A stretch of DNA of 64,000 bases from Octopus vulgaris (Eukaryota), in the NCBI GenBank assembly GCA_951406725.2, contig OX597831.1:49786001-49850000 (forward strand), given 5' to 3'. The notes beneath the pieces are model-generated. The model was not told where the DNA came from, did not search any database, and was given only the letters and a program-made list of their open reading frames with translations. Shown one piece after another: positions 13,850 through 26,135 of this stretch. Position 1 is the first letter of the stretch; each line of letters opens with the position of its first letter. Position numbers and translations under genes: made by a program.

Positions 13850-14260
13850 GTTATGATAAACATGATGAGTTTTTCCCAGTGGTGTATAAATGAAAATATT
13901 TTTTGAACTTCCAACACGTGCGCATCCAACATGCAATTGTCCCTCGTAGGAGCACGGCCCCTTTAGTCGCAAACCAGCTACTGACAATGTATGTCCTTGC
14001 GATTTGTTGATGGACATTGTAAAACCTGACTGGAAACTGTAAATCTTTTAAATTTTACAGTTAAATCGGTAGGTATTAATGGAATACTAGTAATGAATAC
14101 ATTATCACCTGCTCCACATACAATGAGTACAGAAGCTTCTATAACATGTAGCATGAGTCTTACTCATTGCAGAATTTTTGAAGATCTAAATTTCTTGGTG
14201 CCCCAATATTCAAGTCAAGCTTATGAGGAAGTAAATCTGCTGGTTCCAGTGATTTTCAAA
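13850..14260 (-). pseudogene. Helitron Pif1-like helicase C-terminal fragment
   Basis: IPLIPTDL..FK..FPV..MSINKSQGHTL..GL.L..PC..GQL.V.C.RVG (SF1 motifs V/VI). Confidence 0.8.
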
Positions 14261-14291
14261 AAATAAAAAGAACAACAACTCTCGCTTCAAA

Positions 14292-14630
14292 GGTTCGACA
14301 CCAACTGTCGCATCAACGGTCCGACACCAAATGTCACATCGACGGTAAGACGCCAAACGTCACATCAACAGTCCGACCTCAATTGTCGCATCAACGGCTC
14401 CACACTAATTGTCGCATCAACAGTACGACACCGACTGTCGCATCAATGGTCAGACGCCAACTGTCGCATCAACGAACCGACACCAACTGCCGCATCAACG
14501 GCTCCACAGTAATTGTCGAATCGACCGTCCGGCACAAACTGTTGCATCAAAGGTCAAACGCCAACTGTGTACCAACGGACCGACACCAACTGTCGCATCA
14601 ACGGACCGGTACCAACTGTCGCACCAAAGC
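14292..14630. repeat. 26-bp minisatellite, ~13 diverged units
   Basis: Consensus GACACCAACTGTCGCATCAACGGTCC. Confidence 0.9.
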
Positions 14631-14791
14631 GAATCAGGGTGTTAAAGGAAGAAGTTATCAAGAAAGTGTGTCTAAATAAAATAATAATATAATTCTCGAA
14701 GGTGAAACTAAAGCTAAACGGAGTAAACGTAAGAAAAGTTTTTAAAAAATTTACTACCAGGAAATGAATACTAAGCATCCCCTCTCTCTCT

Positions 14792-14859
<68 letters not shown>

Positions 14860-15520
14860 TTATGTATACAGAGAGTGTGAGACCGAGACTGAGAAGGTGT
14901 GAGAGAGTGAGGGGGAGTTTATAGGATGCCATTTGGCTTCCATTTCTAGCTGCGGCGATGACAATGTAGTAGTTGTTTTTTATCGTTTCATACTAACTTA
15001 ATTAACGAGAGAGAAAGGGGTGGACACACCCACTAACACACTAACAACAGCACGTCACTGCAAAAACTAACCGTGGAGTCAAATTTTCTTTGAATGATGA
15101 ATATCTCCCGTCCCTTAAAAGAATATAGCTCCAAATTTGAGGACAACATATAGCTGAGTCTAAAGACCTTCCATGGCCAAGTTTGAACATAACTGGTTAA
15201 ATGGTTTTTGAGTGCATTGGTAACAGACAAACAAACAAGCAATTATATACATTGAGAGAGATTATATCTGACACCGAAATTTCGCTGGCATTTCAAAAGC
15301 CTGGCATGAATTTTACTAGCATATTTCAGAAAAATATAATTGTTTCTAATATTCCCTCAGTCGCTTATTGTAGACTTTAGACGCAATAGAAATATAAGGA
15401 AGATATTAGCCACTCCTTCCAACTCACACAAATCTACAATTGGAGTTTATGAACGCTGCACCCACACCGAAAAACAGCCTCAAGAGGAGTAAGCTCTGTT
15501 TATTTCGTTTAAAGTTAATC

Positions 15521-16640
15521 GCCATAGTAGTGTGGCTGTTTCATATTGCTACTAGTTTAACCCCAGGCAGATCTTCCGCCAGCTGGCTATGGGTGCAACA
15601 CTGCACTCTGTACTTACATATTGCCAGCAGGCAGATTAATATGGCGATTAACTGCTTGTTAGTATATTTACTACTCACATCTCGTATTGAGATTTTACAA
15701 CTAGCTATTTTGCTTACTACATATCAGTAACCGATGGTCGCCTTATTTACAATATATTGCTAGCTAGAGTAGACTCGGATCCTGCCACCGAATGAATACG
15801 AGAAACGATGGAAGGATGTGATGAGAAAGGTGGGTGTCATTAACCCAGCTTAATCATTGATGAAAGGAAAAGATAATTGCTGGGCCTTATAGGCTGCCGG
15901 GTTCGATCTTTTTGAACTTTTATTCATTTTCTTTCTCTGTTTTCGTTTTTTTTTTTAAAAGTTCTAGTTAAAGGTTAAAATTGATCGTTACATAAAATAT
16001 TTTTTAATAAAATTTTAAACTTAATGCTCATTCGATCTCATTTATCATTTTTGTATTTGTTTGTCTTGTAATGTCCTTGTCTATGTACGATCAGTTTGAT
16101 CATAATAAAGACTTTATCTTTCTGGTGACCTGATGTTCGCGCCTGAGGATGAGCAAACTAGCTCGAAAGCCAATCGGTCTCGTTATCCTGTCGTCAGCTG
16201 GAGGATGGTAGGGGTTCGCTCCCCTGCTGGCAATATATATATGTACAGGGTGCAGTGCTGAACCAATAACCAGCTGGTAGAAGATTGACCTGGAGTTAAA
16301 CTAGTAGTAACGTGGAACAGCTATATTAATGTGGCCATTATCTTTACTTGTTAGAATAGATATTACTCTCATCTCTTACTGAGATTCTACAACTAGCTAG
16401 CACCTACCATCCTCTAGGTCGAGTTAGTCAAGCAGTCCTGTCGTCTGCTGGATGATGGTAGTGAATCGCTCCTCTGCTGGCAATATATATGTACAGGGTG
16501 CAGTGCTGCGCCGATGATCATCTGACAGAAGATCTGCCTGGGGTTAAACTAGAAGTAACGAGGAACAGCCACTTTGATGTGGCGATTAACTTTATTTGTT
16601 AGTATACTTACTACACTCTCTTGAGATTTTACAACTACCT
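15521..16640. repeat. Rearranged repeat: 250-bp tandem pair plus an inverted partial copy (pLTR-like)
   Basis: 16187-16400 ~ 16437-16640; 15521-15631 is the reverse complement of 16223-16335; 15645-15706 is a direct copy of the unit end. Confidence 0.7.
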
Positions 16641-16750
16641 ACTTATATAATTATATATAATTATATATATATATATATATGTATGTGTATGTATATATAT
16701 ATACACATATATATATATATATATACATATACATACATACATGCATTCAT

Positions 16751-16781
<31 letters not shown>

Positions 16782-16784
16782 ATC

Positions 16785-17130
16785 GCGACCTTCCTACCCA
16801 AACACTTGATACCAGGTTCAGTCTCACTGCATCGCATATTGGGCAAGAGTATTCAACTATAACCTCGGTCTGACCAGATCCTTGTGAGTGGATTTGGTTG
16901 ACAGAAACTAAAAGAAGCCCGACAATTATGTATATGTATGTATGTGTGTGTGTGTGTGTGTGTTTGTGTGTATGTTCAGCCATCACCACTTAACACCCAG
17001 TGTTCATGTGTTTATGTCCCCGTAAGATAGCGGTTCAGCAAAAGAAAAGCGACGGAATAAATACTAGATTTAAGAAATAAGTCTTGGTGTCGAATATACT
17101 TTTCAAATGACTAAAACAAAGTAAAAAGTA
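16785..17130 (+). mobile_element. Group B SINE, diverged
   Basis: ttgggcaag..ccttgtgagtggatttgg..internal (TG)n..tail. Confidence 0.75.
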
Positions 17131-17159
17131 AGAATATATACATGTATATACATACACAT

Positions 17160-17217
<58 letters not shown>

Positions 17218-17256
17218 CATACGCACACACACACACACGCAAACATAAACACACAA

Positions 17257-17301
<45 letters not shown>

Positions 17302-17599
17302 AAGGATTCTGGAGAGAATCGGCCATTTATATGGTATGCACACGATTGGCTTTAATCAACCTGTAAGCACCACTTTCAATCGGATCAATTTACTGAAGTA
17401 ATCTTGTCAGATATTTAGGCTGTGAATACAGAGAGAATCCATTGCTACGAGTATTTACCGTCTAGGGGCTTCGGCTGACGGATAGATGCATTCCCACTGC
17501 GAGAATTGTTTGTTCTATTGCTCTGAAATTAATAAAATAATAAAATAAATATATACAAATTATAAAAATAATAAAAATATAGAGTTCAGTACTGTTTTT

Positions 17600-17669
17600 A
17601 CTTCGCGGATTTTCGCCTATCGCGCGGGGTTTAGAACGTAACACCCGCAATAGTCGAGGGATTACTGTA
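17600..17669 (+). mobile_element. Terminus of a Tigger/pogo-like MITE
   Basis: Ends ...cccgcaatagtcgagggattactg|ta. Confidence 0.4.
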
Positions 17670-18417
17670 TGTCGATCCTATGATGAACACGTTTTTTTAT
17701 TATGATGTAATATGTAATATAATGACTCCTCAAATTAAAAAAATGCGTACGAAACAGCTGTAATGTATCCACACACTCTTTTTTAAAAGCTTTAATTTTT
17801 ACATAGAATCAAAAAGAGTCTCACAGAAAATATATTTGTGTATACATTCCGAAATTCACAAAATAAGTTTGAAATATATAACAGAAGTAGCAGACAAAAA
17901 GAGAAAAGAGTTCACGTAAGTTTTCCTTATAGGAGTAGCTTTAGTGAATAAATTTTTGTCTGCATGTTGCATATGTGTGTGCGTGTGTGAGTCTATGTGT
18001 ATAGGTGTGTGTGTGTGTGTGTGTATGTATCCTCAATGTGAGAAACATAGACATCATAGTTAGCTTCCGGGTTATCATTTTGAAGTAGTATTGATCTAAA
18101 ATGAATTAAATATTAAATATTATAAATAATAGATGAAAATCATTCAGGTTACATAGATTATATGTAGTGATACTCGCTTCCTCTGTTACCAGGAATAAAT
18201 AAGAAATCGAGTTACTGATTTCCACAAATGTTGAAACAAGATAGACCTGTAGTTCTGAATCTTTGTCTTCTGTAACGAAGCCAGATATGTACTTACAAGA
18301 TGCATGCCTTTATACCGTTTCTACGATTTCTGATATATATATGTGTGTGTGTGTGTGTGTATGCATTTATATATATTATATATATCTATATATACTATAT
18401 ATATATATATATGTATA

Positions 18418-19006
18418 ACGATAAATCTCAGAGCGAGTTATAAACAGTAGCGGTAACACATCGTGACGCATATTTGCCATTTGAATATGGCTAACCCCTA
18501 AGGGTGGATGCTACTGTAGTTTGTAGCCCCAGGAAGATACCTCCTCCAGCTGGCTATAGACACACTATCTGTGCCCTATCAGTATTTGTGAAGGGAAGTC
18601 ATCCTTCCCGTCTTCAACTTATGATACACACGGACTCGAGTTTCAAGGTGTTTACCTATCATCAGCGTGTGACAATCATAGTTGTCGACGAGAATTCAGT
18701 TTCCCTCACAAATACATATACTTTTTCCAGTGTCGATTGACACTGATATTGAAGAAGTGAAATCAAACAATGATAAATCTCAGAGCGAGTTATAAACAGT
18801 AGCGGTAACACATCTTGACGCATATTTGCCATTTGAATATGGCTAACCCCTAAACACCTTGAAACTCGAGTCCGTGTGTATCATAAGTTGAAGACGGGAA
18901 GGATGACTTCCCTTCACAAATACTGATAGGGCACAGATAGTGTGTCTATAGCCAGCTGGAGGAGGTATCTTCCTGGGGCTACAAACTACAGTAGCATCCA
19001 CCCTTA
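18418..19006 (-). mobile_element. Candidate retrozyme: 352-bp unit (1.24 copies) plus a 5'-inverted segment
   Basis: 18420-18501 repeats at 18772-18853; 18852-19006 is an inverted copy of ~18499-18653; homologous to 61148-61680. Confidence 0.85.
18627..18671 (-). ncRNA. Type I hammerhead ribozyme
   Basis: cacacg-CTGATGA-taggt aaac acctt-GAAAC-TCGA-GTC-cgtgtg; palindromic stem III ACTCGAGT; U.U at the first stem II pair. Confidence 0.85.
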
Positions 19007-19029
19007 AACCTCGCTAAGATAAATATTTC

Positions 19030-19098
19030 AATCACCTGAAGATTGACTGTAACTCGAATTTTTACGAATTGGACAGCCATGAAACGATCGTAGTGTTA
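19030..19098 (+). ncRNA. Type I hammerhead ribozyme (imperfect stems)
   Basis: cac-CTGAAGA-t tgactgt...acagcca t-GAAAC-GATC-GTA-gtg; palindrome ACGATCGT. Confidence 0.65.
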
Positions 19099-19301
19099 TA
19101 CTCATTTCTTTTTTAATAATTTTGATTTATATTTAAAATAATATTAATTAATTAATCTTATGTATTGGCTTAAGTTTTTCATTGTATGATTTGCCTAAAA
19201 GTGGTTTTATCTCTAATTTAATATAATATAATATTTTACTATAAGATTGGATTCAATCCTAAATCTGATTTTTCCCTGTAAGTTTGGTTTTATTCCCTAA
19301 T

Positions 19302-19373
<72 letters not shown>

Positions 19374-19379
19374 CATACA

Positions 19380-20850
19380 CGTTGGACTATACATACTCCA
19401 CCAGCTCCAAATACATTTCCCTAACCTCAAGGGCGGCCTCTACAGAGATGACGCCTTGCTAGTTACCGAGAGCGTAAATAAATCTTCTTTAGAATGAGCT
19501 AGAAAAGATCTACACAAATATTTCTGTAGCCTAAACCTGTCTATTGCGTTTGAAAATTCTCGCAAAACTACTAACTTTTTAAACGTAACTTTAAACTTAG
19601 AAACCTACCAATACCACAAACCTAACGAATGCCTTAAATACCTAAACATTCATTCCAATCACCAAAAATCCACGTCTGATAACATAGTCAAGGGTACTGG
19701 ATCCGTATATCCGACCCCTCTTTCACTGAGGAAATATTCAATAATCACGCACCATATTACACCAAGCGCTCGCTGCCAGCGGCTTCTCCCAACAAATAAA
19801 ATACATCCCTAACATCAGGCTCAAACAACATATATCTCAAATCACATCACAACGACACACCAACCATCACAATCACAACAGACCTCATATACACTTTGCT
19901 AGAACCTAGGAAGGACAACCTAGACCCCACACGCACACAAATAACACTAGGTCAAAAGCTAAAACAACTAAAACAATTAACAACAACGGGTCATGCACCC
20001 CCTCCATTTTCCAAAACTATAGATAGCATTACCTCTAAGCACCTAAAATGTAGTGGACGCTTTTTTCTATGGTATACACCCCACTTCTCACTAAATGTTA
20101 AGGACTTAGCTAAATCCTTCTTTAATGTACTGGACTCCAACTTCCCTCGTCGTAATAAATATTACTCTATCTTTAATAGATACACCCTGAAGCTATCCTA
20201 TTCCACCCCAGCCAACTTCGAGTCTATCATAACAGCCCCTAATAAAGAAAACCTTTCCCTCTACTATCAAAACTCACACCATAGCAATTCTAAATACACG
20301 AGCGCCCGACATGTACACAGCTCCAGCATCGAGCCCCATATGTTAGACCACAACCCAACCCATCCTACTAACAACATCCAAAATAATACCACAACTTCCA
20401 CCACTCTTAGAGACAGAATAATTAACAACAATAGCACTAACAACAACAACAACAATAATAATAAAAATAATAATAAAAATAATAAAAATAAAAATGATAA
20501 AAATAAAAATAATAATAATGATAATAATAATAATCGTAATATTAATGATAATAATAATGATAATAATTATAATAATAATAATAATAATAACTATAATAAT
20601 AATAATAATAATAAAAATAATAACAATAATAATAATAATAATAATAATTATAATACTAACTTAGACTTTTCTATCCCCATCTCTAACCTATCCTCTGACA
20701 GTATTACCTCCTTCATTCCTGAAAGTAATGCCCAATATACACCCACTTGTAACTGCGGTCCTGGGTCCATCTGCACTCTACAAACCCATTGTAGAAGATC
20801 TAATATAATTTATAAATGCACCGTCCTCAACACATTACACAATTCTACAG

Positions 20851-20897
<47 letters not shown>

Positions 20898-21265
20898 ATC
20901 AACCATAAATTTTAAACAGTGATATGCCGCTCATCTCAATTCTTTTAGATACACGAAACACAGTAAATCCACAATAAAAACCAGTCACATACATCATCTT
21001 AAAAATAGAAATATTCCCTACACTTTGTCAAGATCCATGATAGACTCAGGGCTTCCATACCAAGGACAACGCTTAGACTGTAAGTTATGCCTTAATGAGG
21101 CATTCCACATATTAAACGCATATTAAAACACAACTCCTCAACGCTACTAAACAAATATTATGAGGCCCTAAGTACATGCAACCACCGCTATTTTCATACT
21201 TTCAAATTTCACCACAAATCTCAATGCAACCTAAATAATCACACAGTATATATCCACAACACTAC
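19380..21265 (+). pseudogene. Penelope-like retroelement 3' half (RT C-terminus, linker, GIY-YIG endonuclease)
   Basis: GLYRDDAL, NFLNVTLNL, KPNECLKYLNIHSNH, WYTPHFS..KLSYST, CNC..NIIYKCTV..YIG, CKLCLNE..CNHR; frameshifts and stops; (AAT)n in the linker. Confidence 0.85.
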
Positions 21266-21451
21266 TTAGGTAATTCCTCACCCAAACACTACTTATCTCC
21301 ATTTTAATTTTTAATCTTTAATTCACTCCCCTATCTAACTTTAAGTATCACAATCATTTAATACTACATATATGGACATACAAGCGGATATAGATGTGTG
21401 TGTAAATGTGTGTACAGGTATTTTATGTATGTATTTGTATGAGGGTGTATG

Positions 21452-21495
<44 letters not shown>

Positions 21496-21639
21496 CTTGT
21501 GTGCATGTATATATATATATATATATATATATACTAATATATATTAATAAGTGTGTATATGTGTATATATGTATACGTAGGTACCTGTATGTGCACATGC
21601 ATGTAAATGTAAATGCGTGTGCACCTGGGCGCACATATG

Positions 21640-22323
21640 AGCATATGCATCGAGTATTTTTGACACCTCAACTCAAGCAACAATTGCATTACCGAATCAT
21701 TACTGGTGACGAAAAATGGTGCCTGTACATCAATATGACGCAGCGTAAGGAATGGTTTAGTCCCGGTAAACAAGCGACACCGCGCGTGAAACAAGATCTT
21801 CATCCGTATGGTAGGAATGGTAAGGGATTATCCATTACGAATTGCTTGAACGAAGCCAAAATGTCAACACAAAACTCTATGTTCAACAGATGGAACGACT
21901 CAACACGGCTATTGAAGAGAAAGGACATAATGGAGTTCTTCTGCTGCACGACAACGCCCGCCCTCATGTCGCCAATATGACCAAGGAAGCCATTCAAACG
22001 CATGGGTAGGAAGTGCTGCTATATCCGTCGTACTCTCCTGATTTGGCACCAACGGATTTCCACCTCTTTCGATCTCTTTCAAATGCTATGCGCGGAGTTT
22101 CGTTGTATACTGATGCAGAATCGAGAGCTTAGTTGGATCAATTTTTCGAGTCGAAATCGGTTGATTTCTACGAATGAGGTATTGAAAATCTTGTTGAACT
22201 TGGGAAGAAGTTGTAAACAACAAGGGTGAATGCATTATTCATTAATTAGTTGTTACTTTTTTTATTAAACCTTTAAAAAATTTATATTATGAAAACGGCG
22301 GGAACTTAGTTGCCAACCCAATA
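21640..22323 (+). mobile_element. Decayed mariner element, 3' part with right TIR
   Basis: RIITGDEKW, LLHDNARPH, YSPDLAPTDFHLF; TIR ...aacttagttgccaacccaa|ta. Confidence 0.85.
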
Positions 22324-22544
22324 TTTCACATTCTTTTACTCCTTATCATCTCATCTAATCCTGTCTGTCCTCCACACCTCTCCCTTCTTCCCATCACACT
22401 ATCTTGACCACCATCAAGCACTCCTTTTCTCACCTTTTTCTTCACTCTTTTCACTTACTGTTTTTTCTTTCTCTCCTTTTTTTCCTCTCGTACTTCCTTT
22501 CCTTTTCTCATCCTGTTTTAAATTTGACCTATCTCCTCTTTCTA

Positions 22545-22628
<84 letters not shown>

Positions 22629-22649
22629 TATTTATCTAATGTGCGTGTG

Positions 22650-22745
22650 TGTGTGTATGTATATATACCAAATACAATTGTGTAAACTTAGTATATAATT
22701 ACATGTTGCCGCGAACCTGTGAGTAGGGATTATTACGTTTATATG

Positions 22746-22812
<67 letters not shown>

Positions 22813-22971
22813 TTATTTATTTATTTATTTCGAACTCAAATATTTTCTCACGCCGTCTCTGATGAAGGGATATCCATATTATATCCCAGAAACAACTGTA
22901 AGACTATTTCACTATAAATGTCCTAAAATCTCACAGCCTTGGCTTTGTTAACTCGCTCTGTCTAATAATTT

Positions 22972-23047
<76 letters not shown>

Positions 23048-23131
23048 GTATGTATATATACCAAATACAATTGTGTAAGTTTAGTATATAATTACATGTT
23101 GCCGCGAACCTGTGAGTAGGGATTATTACGT

Positions 23132-23140
<9 letters not shown>
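22650..23140 (+). repeat. ~393-bp period partial tandem repeat enclosing a hammerhead
   Basis: ccaaatacaattgtg...attattacgttt at 22668 and 23061. Confidence 0.75.
22855..22904 (+). ncRNA. Type I hammerhead ribozyme
   Basis: gtct-CTGATGA-a gggatat ccatatt atatccc a-GAAAC-aact-GTA-agac. Confidence 0.7.
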
Positions 23141-23177
<37 letters not shown>

Positions 23178-23634
23178 TTATTTATGTATATAATGTATGT
23201 ATGTATACAAACATATATATGTATACTCACACACACACACATATATATATATATATGTATATTTAAAAGCAACGCAATTATTCTTATGTGTAGATTCGCG
23301 CGCAACGTATAATTATATACTAAGATTATACAAGTGCATTTGCTATTTGCTGACGCAGGTCATTAATAGTTCATTTGGAATTCAATGCATGACTTTTTGT
23401 ATGCCTGTACATCTGTACGACTCTCTTTCTCTCTCTCTCTCTCTCTCGTTCTCTCTCTCTCTCTCTCTCACAAGCATACACCCACACGCATACATACACA
23501 CGCAATCCGACACCCAGATATACATACATTTGTATGCTCTGATACACATCAACACATTCCGTCATATACACTCACAACCACAAGCAGGATAACGCACTTA
23601 TAGATGCTTATAGTTTAATCGCTCGTTAGTTCTA

Positions 23635-23711
<77 letters not shown>

Positions 23712-23714
<3 letters not shown>

Positions 23715-25318
23715 TTGCGGCCAAAATGTTCAGAACGGCATTGTTTTCGTCAGAAAAGTAGGTATGAGTTTTTATTAAAGTTGTTTTATAAGCTATAATT
23801 TTCACAGACAATAAATACAATATTAATTGTTATTGTCTGAGATTTTGGTGTAATTTGAGAGGATTTAGTGATTTACTGCAAAACCCATGGCGGCCAAAAT
23901 GATCAGAACGGTTGAAAAAATAACAAAATAATCAAAAATGACAGAGAATACTGGAATTATTTAATATTTAGTGTGAAGCCCTTTAGCTTCAATCACACTC
24001 TGACATCTTCGACTGCATGAGGAAATTAAATTTTCAATTTCTTGCTGGATGATCTTATTCCATTCTTCCTGAAGGACATTCCATAATTGCTCAGTTGTTT
24101 TAGGATTTCTGACTTTCGAACGTTCTAGAATATTCCACACATTTTCAATAGGATTGAGATTTGGGCTTTGAGCTGGCCAATCCATAACAATAACCTTTTC
24201 AGCCTTGAGGAAGTTCACGACCACCTTAGCCTTGTGACATGGGGCATTGTCCTGCATGAATATGGGTGGTCGCTTAGTTGAATTTCTCAGCACAGGCAAG
24301 ACATGATCTTTTACAAGTTGTCTATAAACTCCTGCATTTAACTTTCCATGTAATCGCACCAAAGGGCTCACACAATCTCCAGATATCATTCCCCAAACCA
24401 TGACACTTCCTCCACCGAATTTAACACTAGTCTTAAGGCATTTAGGCAACAATTTTTCACCTACTTTTCTACGAACGTACCTTTTCCCATCTGAGCCTAA
24501 TAGCATAAACTTAGATTCATCACTGAAATGCACCGTTTGCCATTTTTCTTGAGACCACAACACATGTTCGGTTGCAAAGGTAAGACGACACTTTTTATTC
24601 TTGGAGCTGATCAGTAGCTTCACTATAGGTGCTCTTGCTTGTAGGTCATGTTCAACTAAACGACGAGACACAGTTTTTCGAGATAAAGTTTTCTTCAATA
24701 CAATGCTCATTTTCCGAGAAACAGCAGCAGCAGTTTTAAATCAGTCCTTTTTAACCAACTTTACCATAGCACGATCTTCTCTCTTGGTCGTTTTTCTTGG
24801 CCTACCTGTAAACTTTCTTGCTTCACACGAACCACAATCATCGTAGACCTTACGAATACCGTGTACAACACTTTTTGACTTGTTAACAATATTTGCAATA
24901 GATCCAATACTTAAATTATCCTTCCTTCGAAGCTTAATAATCTGCTGACGAATTGGTAACGGAGTAAGTGGCATTATATTAACAAAGTACACTGCAAATA
25001 TTCTTACTAATGTTTAGTAAACGAACCGTCACGTAAACAAATTCAAAACATTAGAGTTCGACGGTTAAATATACTAAAACACGGAGTTAAAGCAACCGTT
25101 CTATGATCATTTTGGCCGCCATGGGTTTTGCAGAAAATCACTAAATCATCCATAACTTTTGTATTATCCTCTCAAATTACAATAAAATCTCAGGCGATAA
25201 CAAATAATATCGTATTTGTTGTCTGTGAAAATTATAGAATATAAAACAACTTTGATAAAAAATTATATCTACTTTTCTGACGAAAACAATGCCGTTCTGA
25301 ACATTTTGGCCGCAACTA
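23712..25318 (-). mobile_element. Full-length Tc1 transposon with long IR/DR-type TIRs, inserted in (TA)n
   Basis: Termini CAGTTGCGGCCAAAATGTTCAGAACGG / CCGTTCTGAACATTTTGGCCGCAACT; inner direct repeat GCGGCCAAAATGATCAGAACGG ~180 bp inside each end. Confidence 0.95.
23961..24974 (-). pseudogene. Tc1 DD34E transposase (~337 codons) with one in-frame premature TGA at 24741-24743
   Basis: The two listed ORFs are in the same frame; GRPRK, FSDESK, QDNAPCH-34aa-E, WPAQSPNLNPIE. Confidence 0.92.
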
Positions 25319-25338
25319 TATATATATATATATATATA

Positions 25339-25409
<71 letters not shown>

Positions 25410-25459
25410 GCACGCACAAACAAATATGACGGAATTGATGAGTGTCTGTGTTTGAGTAC

Positions 25460-25510
<51 letters not shown>

Positions 25511-25690
25511 TGTACTTTATTCTGACATATTTTCGAAGTGCATATTCTATATAGAGTATATATCATCAGAAAATCAAAGACTTGTCGACATCAAAATGCA
25601 AAAACTTTATGACCGCTCTCAAGACCATGAAAAATATATAGAAATTATCACTAAATACAGTACACACACACACACACACACACATGCATA

Positions 25691-25735
<45 letters not shown>

Positions 25736-26034
25736 GTTCAGAATTTGAGGAAACAATAACCACGTAAGGGATTGTTAAAAACTATCCGGATGCCGACTAG
25801 GTTGAACCAAATATATTGATAGAAGGTTCCTCAATATATATGTATAAATAGTCTCATAAAATTAAAAAGTCATTAAAAGAAAATGGGAAAGAAAAATTTA
25901 AAAAGATGCTTGGTTCATTTTATTTGTATTACGATGGGAAAATTAATGCAAATTAGAAGATTAAAGGATATACATATAAGAAAGGAACTAGAGCAAGTGT
26001 AAAAGGGACTGCATCAACAAAATATCTAAAAAGA

Positions 26035-26135
26035 TATTCCACATATGTTTCAATATAACAGTATTTTATAATGATCAAATATTGTAACTTCTAAAGATGT
26101 AAAGTGCGGTATAGTGTTAGATCTCGTCAGGAAAA
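26035..26135 (-). ncRNA. Hammerhead-like motif with mutated cleavage triplet (GUG)
   Basis: ttc-CTGACGA-gat c taaca...tgtta t att-GAAAC-ATAT-GTG-gaa; palindrome ACATATGT. Confidence 0.5.

Noticed and set aside
14292-14630. CRISPR-like appearance of palindromic 26-bp repeats
   Set aside because: Units are contiguous with no unique spacers, no cas genes, eukaryotic context
18504-18740. 78-aa ORF conserved at 61356-61592
   Set aside because: GTG start, antisense to the hammerhead, no recognisable domain; conservation is explained by repeat identity. Not strictly excluded without dN/dS on more copies
18741-18790. Possible opposite-polarity hammerhead in the 352-nt unit (ttgaagaagtgaaatca..tgata)
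   Set aside because: No CUGA, no stem II, and the GAAGA is not conserved in the 61-kb copy
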